The notes under the pieces: model-generated
The model's input: only the letters and a program-made list of their open reading frames with translations
What the model was told of the DNA's origin: nothing
The model's database searches: none
Shown: piece after piece, positions 1 to 12,600 of the stretch
Position numbering within the stretch: position 1 is the stretch's first letter
How the letters are laid out: every line of letters starts with the position of its first letter
Made by a program: the position numbers and the translations under genes
Source of the DNA: Daphnia carinata
Lineage: Eukaryota
DNA length: 64,000 bases
Direction of reading: 5' to 3'
NCBI RefSeq assembly: GCF_022539665.2
Contig: NC_081333.1
Location: 8,742,001-8,806,000 of the forward strand

Positions 1-2336
1 CGCTCTTCGCCCTGCATTTATTATTCTAACCTAGTCTAGCATAAAAAGTTATTTTCCTCTTTTAAAGAAAACGCTTTCAAAACGTCAACAGAATCCAAGC
101 GTAAATAAATAAATACAAAAATAAGGAGAAAAAACAACAAGGGAAGACCCTCCCACGATAAAAGAAAAACGCTTGTATAAAACGTTTCGCGCATTTCCTG
201 GTACAGAAAGACGCGAGTAAAGTCTTTTGAGGCAGATTCACGAGAAAAGACGCTGCCTGAATGGGCGAATAGGAACCCCCCGAAAAAACATTGGATTTTC
301 ATATCGCGGGAGGCAAAACCGCCAGATGCGATTCAAAAATATGGGAGGCACGTCAAAAGCCAACGACATACAACAAAATAATAATAAATAAATAACTAAA
401 AAAAAAAAGAAAAAAAGAAAACAGCTGTCTACAGGCCTAATACATATATGATGAAGGGAGATGAGAGACAGACCTTAATAATGAAATACCGAAAAAAAGG
501 CTACAGAGCCAACCGCCCCAAAAAAAAGTTGATTGCAGCTTTTCAAAGTTGCGGCTGTTATTGCCTTCGAGCCATCGAGCCCAGTTGTTTGCAACTACGT
601 TGCTATAACACACACACACACATACACACACACAAAGGGGAAAGAGATCTAGTCATTATTACAAGCTAGCGGAGCCAGGTGGAAAGAACCTTGACACGAG
701 GCGTGAATCATCAATACCATGTCAATTTTTTATGTCTGCGGGGGAGTTTTCCAATTGCAAACCTATATAATAAGACATTCGATAGACCGTCGAACACGAT
801 CATCCGACACGGAGTTGATTTTCCCGAACGTCCCGCAACGAAGGGCAGTAGCTCGTTCAGCCCTTAAGAATCGTATTCATCTGCACGATATGTTTGATAA
901 CAAGTCCTTCTTTAGTACACGACGGCGGCGATTTACAATGATTTTTTTTTAATATTTTATATTTAAGGTTTCTTATGTTGCCCTGGAGACCGTTGCCAAG
1001 GGGATAGCGTCAAATGTCACCTAAAGACGAATTTGATCTAATTGGCATTTTTACAATCAAAAAGGCTGTTTGTAAGGGGTTTGCTTTTGGCAAGGGACGT
1101 TCTTCTTTGCGAAGGTATTGTTTTGATGCAGCTGGTTGACGATTACAAGGGGTAACACAAAGAGACTGACGCTAGCGGGAAACAAGACCGCATTTCTATT
1201 AAGTTATGTAATGGGCACGAGTTACGTATAAGATGTACGTCGTTGCAATTTCGAACCGTTGCCATGCAGGTAGTAATCAATGTGGAGTAGGAAGAGCTTG
1301 GGCTGCTGGACAAATATTCACCCATTCCACGAGTATTTCAAAATTTTAGTGAGGGCAACGGGGACGACTGAAATACTCGGCCGCTAACATACTCGCTAAA
1401 TCTGTATGAAAGCGTCTTATCATCTACATTTCTAATGAGTTCCGCACATTATTCAGAGGTTTTTGTTTCTTGTTTGGAATTTGAAATGCAAAAAGACGAA
1501 CAATGTTAAAAGGCCTGCAGATAATTCGAGTACATCAACAAAACCATTTGCATTCGTCATCTTAAGCAATATTTCATTAGTGTGACTGAATTAGTTTTAA
1601 TGTTCGTTTTGTCCAATTAGAAGATACCGAGAAATGTCCATTCTAATCCTCCCCCTCATGCAATTAGTGAAGCTAGCAAGAAACATTAGCCAGAATGGAA
1701 TTAAGTAAAAAGACATTGATGTTCAAGACACGACAAAGATCCATCGACATTTAACGAAATTTCGAAAAGTTTTCAAGTCTCTAATCTTTAACGGTAAAAA
1801 ATGTCGCTGTTCAATTTCACAAAAAAGTTTGAATTTCCTTCAAAACGACAAGAAAAAAATGAACTAACGGCTCTTGTAATGTCACAACTCAATTAAATGC
1901 TAGTGCAGCACGGCGATTTACTGGGGCACGTTTGCACACACTACACTCGTTAAACTTGTTGAACAAAACGCTGTGTGCAGCCAAGTTAAAAAAACAAGAA
2001 ACGCGTCCATCTCAACACGACGAATGCCGCGCGCGTAGGCCCTAGACGCCGACGACCAATTAGTCCATCTCAAAATGAGTTGCCAACATAAAACAAAAGA
2101 TCTTGTTCCCACCTCGTTTACGACACTCGAACATGTTACGCCCAAAACTTTGGCCTTCGGCACACGCCGTAAGCTCCTTTTACAACCCTTTGCCTCGTAT
2201 TGTGTTTCGAACAACTTCAAATATCATAATAACATCATCTACCTCCAAGAATAAAATCGCCCTAAAACCCTGTCACTCACCTAATGTTTTTTTCCTTTTT
2301 TTTCTTACGACCCTGCTCGTACGTCACTACAGAGGG

Positions 2337-2924
2337 ATGATAAGTAGCATGGAGATGTCGTCTATGGTGGCGACCGTGGGCTCAGAAGTGACAGTGTACG
2401 GTGCCGTTGGGGCTGTCTTCCTCTTTTTGCTCGTGGCTCTCCTGCTCGGCCTGTCGTTCAGCAGCCCGTGTAAAGCCGGCGATAACAGTAAATACCTGTC
2501 CAGTAACAACCTCGGCTACGACAGGGATCAGGTAAATTATAAATCACGTGTACAACAGACTACCGTTCTTCCCGCCGCTCTCAGTTTCCCTTACTTTGCG
2601 TATCGTTTCAATGAATCGTTTGGGTTGTTCGAGCAGATGGATAGCAATTATTCCGACGGTTTTACGGAGTGGAACCTGTCGACGATGGAATTGATGCCCG
2701 ACCCACCGCCGGTCATTTACACGGAACAGTTGGCCCGCGACATTGAAGGTGATGCTGTGCTGCAGTGCAAACATCCCAGCCATTTCATACCGTTGACCAG
2801 CAGGCGAATGTCCCTACCGAACGTCACGATAGGCGAATTTCATCACCATCAACGCAATCATCCATCAGACGAGTTGCTGATATTCCATCACACCGATAAT
2901 AGCCCATCGCAATGTAGCGCATGA
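2337..2924 (+). CDS. Putative single-pass membrane protein (~195 aa), unknown family; probably a terminal exon
   Basis: ATG at 2337 follows a polypyrimidine tract and CAG acceptor (2330-2332). There is a hydrophobic segment VYGAVGAVFLFLLVALLLGLSF, then a complex (non-repetitive) tail with PPPVIY and RRMSLP. The stop at 2922-2924 is followed by AT-rich sequence. No family recognised. Confidence 0.6.
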   Translation: MISSMEMSSMVATVGSEVTVYGAVGAVFLFLLVALLLGLSFSSPCKAGDNSKYLSSNNLGYDRDQVNYKSRVQQTTVLPAALSFPYFAYRFNESFGLFEQMDSNYSDGFTEWNLSTMELMPDPPPVIYTEQLARDIEGDAVLQCKHPSHFIPLTSRRMSLPNVTIGEFHHHQRNHPSDELLIFHHTDNSPSQCSA

Positions 2925-5900
2925 ATAATTTAATTCCATTATTTTTATTTTTCGCTTCGTTGATGCCTCAATCAATTGAGCTTTTCCCCGTGCAAATAGA
3001 CTATATCCCCCCTTTTTTCAATTGACGTATGATATATAATGTAATACTAAATATTATATAACATTATAAAGTTCAATTAACCCTGACATCTTCCGTAAAA
3101 AAAAATGAAAGAATTTATGTTTGTTTGGCAGAGATTGAATGCAAAACTCGATTTCATTAGATGTAATCAAATCCACCGCATGCTGATAATGTCAATCTCC
3201 GAAATTCTTCCCTTCTCTTTAACTGGACTGAACTGAAGGAAAATGCCAACGCCAAAAGCTAAATTTGAATGTAAATGGTTTTTTAAAAAATTGTTACATG
3301 ACGCTATTCTCGTTGTTGACTGCCCCCATGTTCCATTTTCAATGTCCTCCACTAATAAACATATTCCCGCTCCGTGCATTCAAGATTGTGTCGCGCAAAA
3401 TTAGGCTTTACGATATCTTCCCCCTGTACATTTCAGCAGACTAGTTTACTATATCAATACACCACCCCACCCCCCAAGAATCGCACCCGTTTCGGCCTCG
3501 GAATCAATATCATTTACTTGCAACAGCGCCCATTCTAAAACACAAACGTAACGCCGTTAGACTCAACCGACTCTGTTTTGCTGTCTTGTGCATTACCTGT
3601 GGCTTCCCTTCGGCTGTTGTTTCCTTTTCACCCGCCTTTCCGGTTAATAACGAGATGACTGACGACGCTGATTAAAACACCAACACGACACCCAGTTTCC
3701 AGGATGAAAATAAAATAAATAAGCGTGTGTCATGGACACACGCAATCGCATTGGTTGTAAACGGAAATTGAAATCTCTACGAGTTCTGTACGCCCTGACG
3801 TTCTGTATTGAAACGTATGCTGATTAAACAAAATATATTGATTATACGTGATTGTCCCTACACTTTGGTTTAGAATATAAAAACAAATACAAATGAATGG
3901 AATCGCCAAACTTTCAGAACGGAGTTTCGCATTCATTGCGACACGCAGCATCAATTTTAATGGAGCAAAAATAAAGTTTGATAGTCCACCGTGAATTGCA
4001 ACGTCTTGCACAAAATGTTTTTCTTTATGCCGCAAACTTTGCTGCCTTTCGCTTTTTAAAGCTATACAATAGTATTGGGAGAACTGTCAAAGGTTCAACC
4101 CGCTGACCCGTTTATCCTTGACAGGTGACAAAAGAAAAATTGGCTTCAAACACTCACGACGGCGGACGGCCTGCCCTCCACCCCCCCACCCCAAAGGGAC
4201 TTAAAAAGAGTCATTCTATCGTTGCAATAAAAAGATAAACGTGACAGCGCAAAGAAAGAGTTTTGAGGCGTCATTCACGATTTAAAGGTAAACGTTTTAT
4301 GCAAATGCGACTAGACAAGACTGAAATCAACAGAAAAGGGGTAGCAAGACAACCAAGAAAAATGGAAACATCAAAGTCGTTCTTCTCCATGATTTGTTAT
4401 ACTCGAAATAAAGGGGGAAAACCAACAACTGGATTGCGTTTTTATGGTCAGCGTTGCGCATTCTAGAACAGAAACGTAGGCCTTTTAAAGGTAGCCCTAC
4501 TTTTTTAAAAGACCATCATCTCCCCGTCATTTTTACTGTCAACTGGGCGCATTATTTCCATCTCTTTCCCTGTCTCAGTTGATCACGTTGATCTACAACT
4601 ACTTTCCTCGACTTCGCAAAGAAACACAGAATCCTTGTCAGCCGCACACCATCATCGACGCTTATCGTCCAAACGCTTTTGTTTCGTGGGCGTACAAACG
4701 CAAAAAAAAAAAAAAAAAACAGGCTAAAGTGTCAATAAGGAAATAAAGCCAGCCACTAAAGCGGGAAAAAAACGTGAAAAAAGAATAAATAAAACGATCT
4801 CTCTCTGTCTTTGACTCGTCCATCGCGCAAAGAACGTCATGCGTGCAAAAGATCAAAGATGGGCAAAAGATGGTTTTTGGCTTTGCCTTCTTCTATTTCC
4901 CCCCCGTTCATATCGACAGAGTCAACTTGCCAAACAAGCTAGTTCTTTCAATGCCCCACTTATCAGATACTTTTGTCTTCTTTTACTGGGGAAAGAAAAA
5001 CAGTTGGGAGATTGGATAGAAGCCCAACAGCTCGCACGAAATGTCACCACCACCACCAACAGCTCTCCTTGTCTTTTTTATTTCCCTATCGAAAACGTAG
5101 GAAAGCTATTTTTCCCACACACCCACGTTTTCGTGTGTGTGTTCCTCTTTTATTCCGTGTGTGCGTACGTGTCTCTATTGATTTGTCATTTATCGCAGAC
5201 TATTGACTACATCCACGTCGTGGTAGGAATAGCCAATCGACAGGAAAGCGATCCTTCGATAGTAAATAAAAGAAGACGTAAGCAAAAACGTGTTTAAATT
5301 AGATGAGAATTATCCGAATATCAAGCGCGGTCAAAAGACAAAAGCTCGACTTCCAGTTCTACTCCATCCCTTTTTTTTTTTTTTTTTTTTTTTTTATTCG
5401 ATTCGTTAAGAGGACCCTCCATTTTTGCGCGATATCCAAGTGGGACTGTGTTGATTCACGCTGGTGATTTAATTTAAAAGAGGACGACCTTCCCCCTTTT
5501 TACGTAAAGAAAAAGAATGTGGCGTCCCCATTGGACAGGCTCGTGCTGATTTATTCATCCGCAGAGCCAGAATAAACGGCCACTGACTATTGCAGCGCTT
5601 CCGTCGTGACAAGTAGCCTATCTCCCATCCAAAAACAAAAAGAAAACCTGAGGCTAATGCTTCATAGTGCGGCCTCCCATTTTTTTTTTCGAAAATGGTC
5701 GTACCTCTGTAGGCGGGTTGATACAACAAGAAAGTATGTTCTAAAAAAAAAAAAAGAAAATGCCTGGACACACTGAGTCTATTGGCAACTGGCCCGGAAG
5801 ATTTTGCAGACAACTGTGTGCCCGCCCACCGATGAGAAATGCCGCTTCGTTGCGAATTCAGACGTCAATGGTGCATAGAGCGCCACTTGCCTCGTTCAAA

Positions 5901-8900
5901 CCATTTAAAGAATGCAGACCATACTTTCTTTTTATTATTACATCCCATATCACATTTCTAAAGGATTTCCCCTTTTGTTTCAAGTGGCAGACTCAACGTT
6001 CCCAATAAAAATTATTTTTAAAAACGTTGACATCTCTATAGGATCGAGCTTTATGTACAGAGAAATGCAATTGCCAGACAACTGCGGGGCAGGTATCCAT
6101 GTAGAGCCGATAAGGTGCTAGGATCAAGTGGCTGGATAGGGACGAAATAAAACAAAAAATGGTGCGGAGAAAGCAGAAGAAAAATATTTTGTGAAAGAAG
6201 GAGAAAAGGAAATCAATAAGGTACAAGCAACACTTAAAAAAACGTTGGGGGACTATAGACGAGTGGCCCTAGGTCACGTTCCAAGATCGTTGCACAAGCA
6301 TGTCTCCGCCGGAAGGTTTATGGTGTTCTGGATCGAAGAGGATATACAAGGCCACCCCACTTACCCAACCCAACCCCCATACACACAAGACTAATGAAGA
6401 CGAGAGTATAGAAAGAGAAACACGTTTATTTTTATATTTACAAATAAAAAAAGAATTTTACCGATTACAACAGTAAAAATCGCTCTTGACCCGTCAGTCT
6501 TTCTGAGCTGTTTTTAGTTCGTTTAGATTTGATGCGATCGAGTTATACGAGGGGTCTCAAAGTTGTCAGGGGGTCGGCGCACACTCAACTTGCTCAAAGA
6601 CATGAGGGAGTTGAAGAGAGGAAATAGAAACTCGAGCAAGGGACAGCTTCCTACTTCCTTGGCACCATTTCCGACGATTACAAGAAAACGGAAAAATAAT
6701 AATAATAAATACCCAACTCAACCATTCCAGGAGAAAACAAAAAAAAAAGCAAAAAGAAACTCAATTACTAGAAAAAGGAAAAAAAAAAAAAAGAAAGAAA
6801 CTTATAACACAAGGTACGTGTGCACCTGTCGTGCACACGTACAAAACTTCTTGTATTATAACGATCCGGGCGTCTTGCTCGCCTCCGTATACTGGATGTT
6901 AAAAAATACGAGACGGTCGCCATAACGATGGCACTATTATGCGGGAAAACGAAATGAGCTCTTTTTCCGTTTGATCCGAATCTTCGTGAAAAAGAAAAAA
7001 GAATCAGAAGGGGAAAAGAAAAAGATTGAATAATAATAATAATAAAAAAAGAGGGAATAATATTCAAGTTTTATCGTAAAATAAAAAAAAAAGGGCTCGC
7101 AGCAGGACACGATATCGATCGAGAGCGCAACATCCATGGAACAAGACGCAGCCGCGTCTTGTTCCATTATTCCGTTTGAGATATATGTCCTCCTTGATAG
7201 ATGTGTCCGCATACTCTAAAAAAAGTACATAGCCTAACCTATCTTTTTCTTTTGATTCTCTTTCTTCCTTTCGGTCTATTATTGTTCAATCTCGCAACGC
7301 GGGCAAGTGAGGAGAGGCGCTCCAAAACTATTTCTTCGGCGCAATCTACACACCCCAAAGTAAATATAAATGTGTAGAAATGGCGGGCGCGAGTCTGACC
7401 GCTAAATAACTAAAAACACTTTGCCTGTATATAGAACTTTTAGCTTGTGCATTATGTAATAGAGCGACGCTTGCGACATGCTCGAATCAACGCTATTCTA
7501 TGCAATCCAATAGCGTTCATTTTTGCACCGCTCGCTTTTAATTGGCCGGACGTATACGTAAGAAAAGAAAGCAGTTTCGCCTGAAGATCGGAGCAATCGT
7601 CGTTTAAATTTTAGAACCGAGGGACGCCCGCTCAATAATGCACTTGTCGCTCCTCTAGTTCTTAAATTATCATGACAAGTAGCAATCGGATGGCAAATTT
7701 AACGAAAAAAAAAGAAAAGAAAGGGTTTTCCAAACTAAATCCTTAATGGTAATAGCCAAGTGCCGCAAAGCGCGTGGCTTCTATTGCCACATTACCCTAT
7801 TCTAAATCGATACCGATGCGCCCATCCCTTATAGGCCTTCTCTAGAGACAGCATCTTTTCAATCAATTTGTACACGTATCCCGCATAACCGCATTGATAA
7901 GGTACAGAGTACAATTCGATCTGTCTTGATTACGGAATCATCTGTCGTGTTCCAACGCTCCGGCCTACGCTAATAGTCGACGTAATTTTGGGTCCTCCAA
8001 ATGTCGAGGACGTTTCCAGTATAGCGACAGAAAATTGGATGGAACTTGTTGCCCCAGCATTTTTTTTTTCTGCCGAGCCCGTTGACCCGGTGTTCTCCTA
8101 CCCCCCGAAGTCAAGAGTAGTCAACATGCCTACTTCCGTGCAGACTAAGGAAGATTACTGGTCGCCATGGGAAAAAGCAAAAAAATGGATAGATTTATCA
8201 TTGATTTTTTTCAAGCAAAAAAGAAGATTACACGTTCGAGTCTTTTTTCTCACTAGAATTGACCTGTACTGTAGAGTTTTATCCTTCTTGATCTTTCCCT
8301 TTTTTTTTATCCGGTATAATTCTTATTACACTTCTCGAGAAAAAATAAATAAATACAAAAGCTTTCTAGAGTGAGCCTATGCGTACCGTTTCCCGAGCAA
8401 CTAAAGGGCGTGCGGAGGTAAGTCCATTGTCTGGCAAATGACGCAAAACAGCCGCTGTTTCTCTCAGGGTGTCACAAAAGCCGATTCGTTAAGAACCAGC
8501 TCTAGATAAACAAAAGAGGGGCTAGTGTGTACTACAAGAAGCTTTTCTCTCTTTCCTCTCCCGGCCGTTGATTGTCTTGTCGCAACAGCCGGCGAATGTG
8601 CCAACTACTACTACAAGTAAAACAGTGAGCTATATAATACGCGCAGGGAGAAAAAGGAAAGTATTGCAGGCAATAAGTTTTTCTCATTCCCACGGGCTGA
8701 ACGAAATTTTTTTTTTTTTTTTTTTGCTGAGGTTAAAACAAAACTAATTGCAAAAGGGGAAGGCAAAACGGCTAGAGAAAACAAAAGGAATTCTCGGTAT
8801 TTTATTCTTGTTTGTTTCAACTTGCGAAACTATTTCGGAATTTGTGTTAAAACTATTTTGAGGAAAAGAAAAAAAGGAAGTATGGTCCATTTTCCTATGG

Positions 8901-8980
8901 AACAAAACGAATCGCATTTTTTTCAAATGAAATAAAAACAAACAAAACAAATTTAACGACTTGTCTTCGATGGCCATCGA

Positions 8981-9628
8981 CCCTCTCGTAAGCAATTTGA
9001 ACTTACGTTTGGATACGCACGTTAGCATTAGTTTCAAACGAGATGGAAGGAGTTGGGCACTTGCACGATACATTCGGCATAGCACGACGGCAAAAGCCAT
9101 CGTGCACGTAAAAGTAGTTAACGTGCGTTAAATATAAGTAACAACAGTTCAAAAAAAAAACATACACATTCGAGTAAAGAGCTGGAAAGGTTAAAGACAA
9201 CTCAGTATTGAAATCAAGCCCCAATAATTTTGTTAGCTATACAAAAATAAAGGGAGGGCAACGAAAGGTTTCCATAGTTTCCCTCTCGTAAGCAATTCGA
9301 ACTTACGTTTGGATACGCACATTAGCATTAGTTTCAAACGAGATGGAAGGGGTTGGGCACTTTGCATCATCCGCTTATTCGACTCAAGACTCCCTTAAGG
9401 ATTCGTACTATTCTAATCTTCAGGTTCAATGCGCAAAAAAAAAACGGGTTACGATGGCAACAGCCATCGCACACGTAAAAGCAGTTAACGTGCGTAATAC
9501 ATAGGTATCAACACTTTAAAAAAACACATCCGAATAAAGAGCTGGAAAGGTTAAAGACAACTCAATATTTAATTCAAGCCCCAATAATTTTGTTAGCTAC
9601 AAAAAAAAACGAAAGGTTTCCATAGTTT
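8981..9628. repeat. Imperfect tandem duplication, two copies (8981-9280 and 9281-9628)
   Basis: Both copies begin CCCTCTCGTAAGCAATT.GAACTTACGTTTGGATACGCAC and end ACGAAAGGTTTCCATAGTTT. Copy 2 has a different, longer segment at about 9367-9450. Confidence 0.9.
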
Positions 9629-12600
9629 ATGGTCACCAAATTCAAAAAAATCTAAAAAAAGAAAATGCTAGCGGCAATAATCGTCAAACGCAAAAAAAAA
9701 AAGCGGGATTGACTGCGGAGTATTTGATTTAGCAAGTTTTATATGATGACTTCCCTTTGGAAAGGGTTAAAATAAAAGAATGAAGCTGCGTGACTCCGGC
9801 ACAAAGATCTTCTCTCTTTTTACTAGCAACGCTGTGGCCGACATTTGAGTATTCAGCATTAACATTTTGATTGCTCAAGATTCTCTCTTCCATTAAAAAA
9901 TGGAAGCCCATTCTTTTATGTATTTTCAAGGAAGAAAGAAAAGACCGACGAGGGTAAGTCATCTCCTATTTTGTCTGTCTTTTATTTTTTTTTCTCCCGC
10001 GTTTGTTCCCATGATGATTCCGCTTTAGACGCCGTGCGTGCAAAAAAAAAAGACTAGCAAAGTCAGACAGAGAAAAAAAAATAAATAAAGGACGAATAAG
10101 TACATATGGTGAATACGGGAAAGCATAGAGGCTGGATAGCTCTCCTTGGTGACGAAGGATCGGAAAAAAAGGGCTTTGACGGTTTTCCTATTCTTTCTTT
10201 GCGTCACGCTCACTCACGAGCGCATCGGGATTCGTCATCCCATATTGAAAATACCTCTTTCCGTTGTCTGATCTCGGCTTATTTATATTCCATTTTTTTT
10301 TCCTTCTTCTTCTTCTCTCCCCCCCCCCCCCTTTTCTATTTATTTATTTGCTTCTTTTTTTGATTTCCTTTCCAATCTTTTTTATGGCCACGGATAGTTC
10401 CTTCCGTTTTCCAGCCGCTGTTGGCATACACACAAATAAATAAATAAAAATAAATAAATAGCTTCATGCAACAACAACGGGGAAAGAATGAGAAGAAAAA
10501 GAAAAACACAGATCAGTATCTTTGGAACATAAATATTGATGCGTAACCGACAATGCGACGCTCAACTGTTTATGGCTAGACTGTCTATTTTACGACTGGT
10601 GGGCGGGGAGTCTAAAACAGCTGGCAAATGAAATTGCTTCGCACAAGTGAAGAAAACAACGTAAAAAGCTACCAGATTTTTTTTTCTTTTTTTTCTTTTA
10701 GCTCTACTATTTTGCATAATTCAAAACCTTTAGAAGAGAGGGCAGAAACTCCATTCGCTTCGTGTCGCACACGCTACGTACTATAACGGTAAAAACTTTG
10801 GCTTCAATTAAGAATCAACGTGAACTTTGTGGAACTGGGGGGACAACAAAGTTCCTTGTTGATTTTAATTGGTGAAAAAAGAAAACAGCAAAGTTGTGCG
10901 TGCCATTCTCAGAGCGTTCCAGCATTCACAAAACAAGTTATTTTTTTTTTAAATCATAGTTCAAAAATGTCCCCTCCATCTCCGTGCGGTTGCTGTTGGC
11001 AGTCCGTTTGTTTCGGCGGACTGTTTCTATTTTCTGCCGTAATCAATCAAGCCGCCATACAGTAAAAAGCTATTCAAAAATAGAGGGGCCTTGGTTACGT
11101 ATTTGCTTTTGATGCGAGTCTACCCGTCATAGCTTAAATGCAATTAACCCGTTTCATAGAAGAAACAAAAAAAGGACGCGCACGAACTTTGTGCATCGCT
11201 GACTATCTACTACACCGAGATGTGCGTTGAATAGCGCAAATGTCAGCAGATGTTTGTCGCGATCCTTTTTAAAAATTTGTTTCAAACACAACACGTGAAT
11301 CTACTGGCAAAATCTTTTTATTTTATTTTTTGGCAACGTGAAAAGCATCGACAAAGTTGATGAGGCTCTATTCATTTCTCCCCGCTGAAATAATGACATT
11401 AATCATAAGCTTCTTAGTTTCGGGTTTGTATACAAGTAAAAAAAAAAATCCCTCCTTCACTTAATTACTTGTATATTCGCCTTTAACTAACACGGGTTTT
11501 GAGATGCAAGCAACGGCAAACGAGTGCCGATAGTTCCGGTCAATTAAGTCGATATTGACGGAATTCGATCGTGAGCGTGCAAGATGTAGATTCCCGCTAA
11601 AATCAAGAACACGGGATTTTTTTTTAAACGTCTAAATATTACAAAAAAGAAAGATGACGGGCCAAAAACAAAGCATAAAATTTTAATTTACGTTTAATCA
11701 AAACAAGGACGAAATCTCTGGCGGCTGTAAGCAGCTATGTTCTGGCCCGACTTCAAGATTTTCGTTTCAACTTTTAAAGGAGAGAGAGGATGGACTAATC
11801 AAAAGCACAAAGTTATTGACTTAAACAAACAAGGAAGGAGAGGTTTACTTTGATGAAGGCCAAGCTCAGCCATCCCGCATTTGCTGTAGCCTTTTCTTCT
11901 GGAAAATGTGTACGCAACGCGCAGTAGACTAATGACTTTTCTCATTGTCCTTTCGAACATTTTGTAATCAAGAAAACAAGACGTAGACTGCAATCAATAT
12001 TCTTTGAGATCAATCCATTTTTCCTACCCCTTTACTAACGAACAAGAAAAAAAAAATAGGAACGAATATTCAGATCGATATATACCGGTAACCTTTTTCT
12101 CCTTTTTGGTCCATCAGCGTTGCATCCATTCGTGAAAGAGATAAACAGAAAAACAGCTGAGCGTCCTTCGTTAGGAGTTTTTCGCCCATCGTTAGTTAAA
12201 GGAACAAAGTCTCTACATTTTAACCCACTTAGCGCATCCTACCATAATCTCCGGCTTTTTTTTTCATTTCAAACCAACTCCTACCCCTACTCCACATCGT
12301 CCGTATGACTTCCCAGTTCTTTTCACATGATTAATCATGTTTGACTGACTTAGCCTCCCTTTCCAGTCATATAAATTCCGAGTCCCTTCCTTCCACCTTT
12401 AGTGAATGCCAACGTCATCCGATCGGCTGTGATATAACAGAGCGCCGAGATACTATAACAGACTACGCAGTAGACGGACAACAATAAAACAGGGGGGAGG
12501 TCAACGATAAAAAAAAAAAAAGGTCCCACCCTGGAATGCGTCTTGGAGAGTCGAGGGATAGAAACGGGGAGAAACTGTGTGTGTGTGACTCAAGCGACAC

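Noticed and set aside
2103..2336. N-terminal extension of the 273-aa ORF in the track
   Set aside because: Starts at TTG and runs through a polypyrimidine tract and acceptor, so it is most likely intron.
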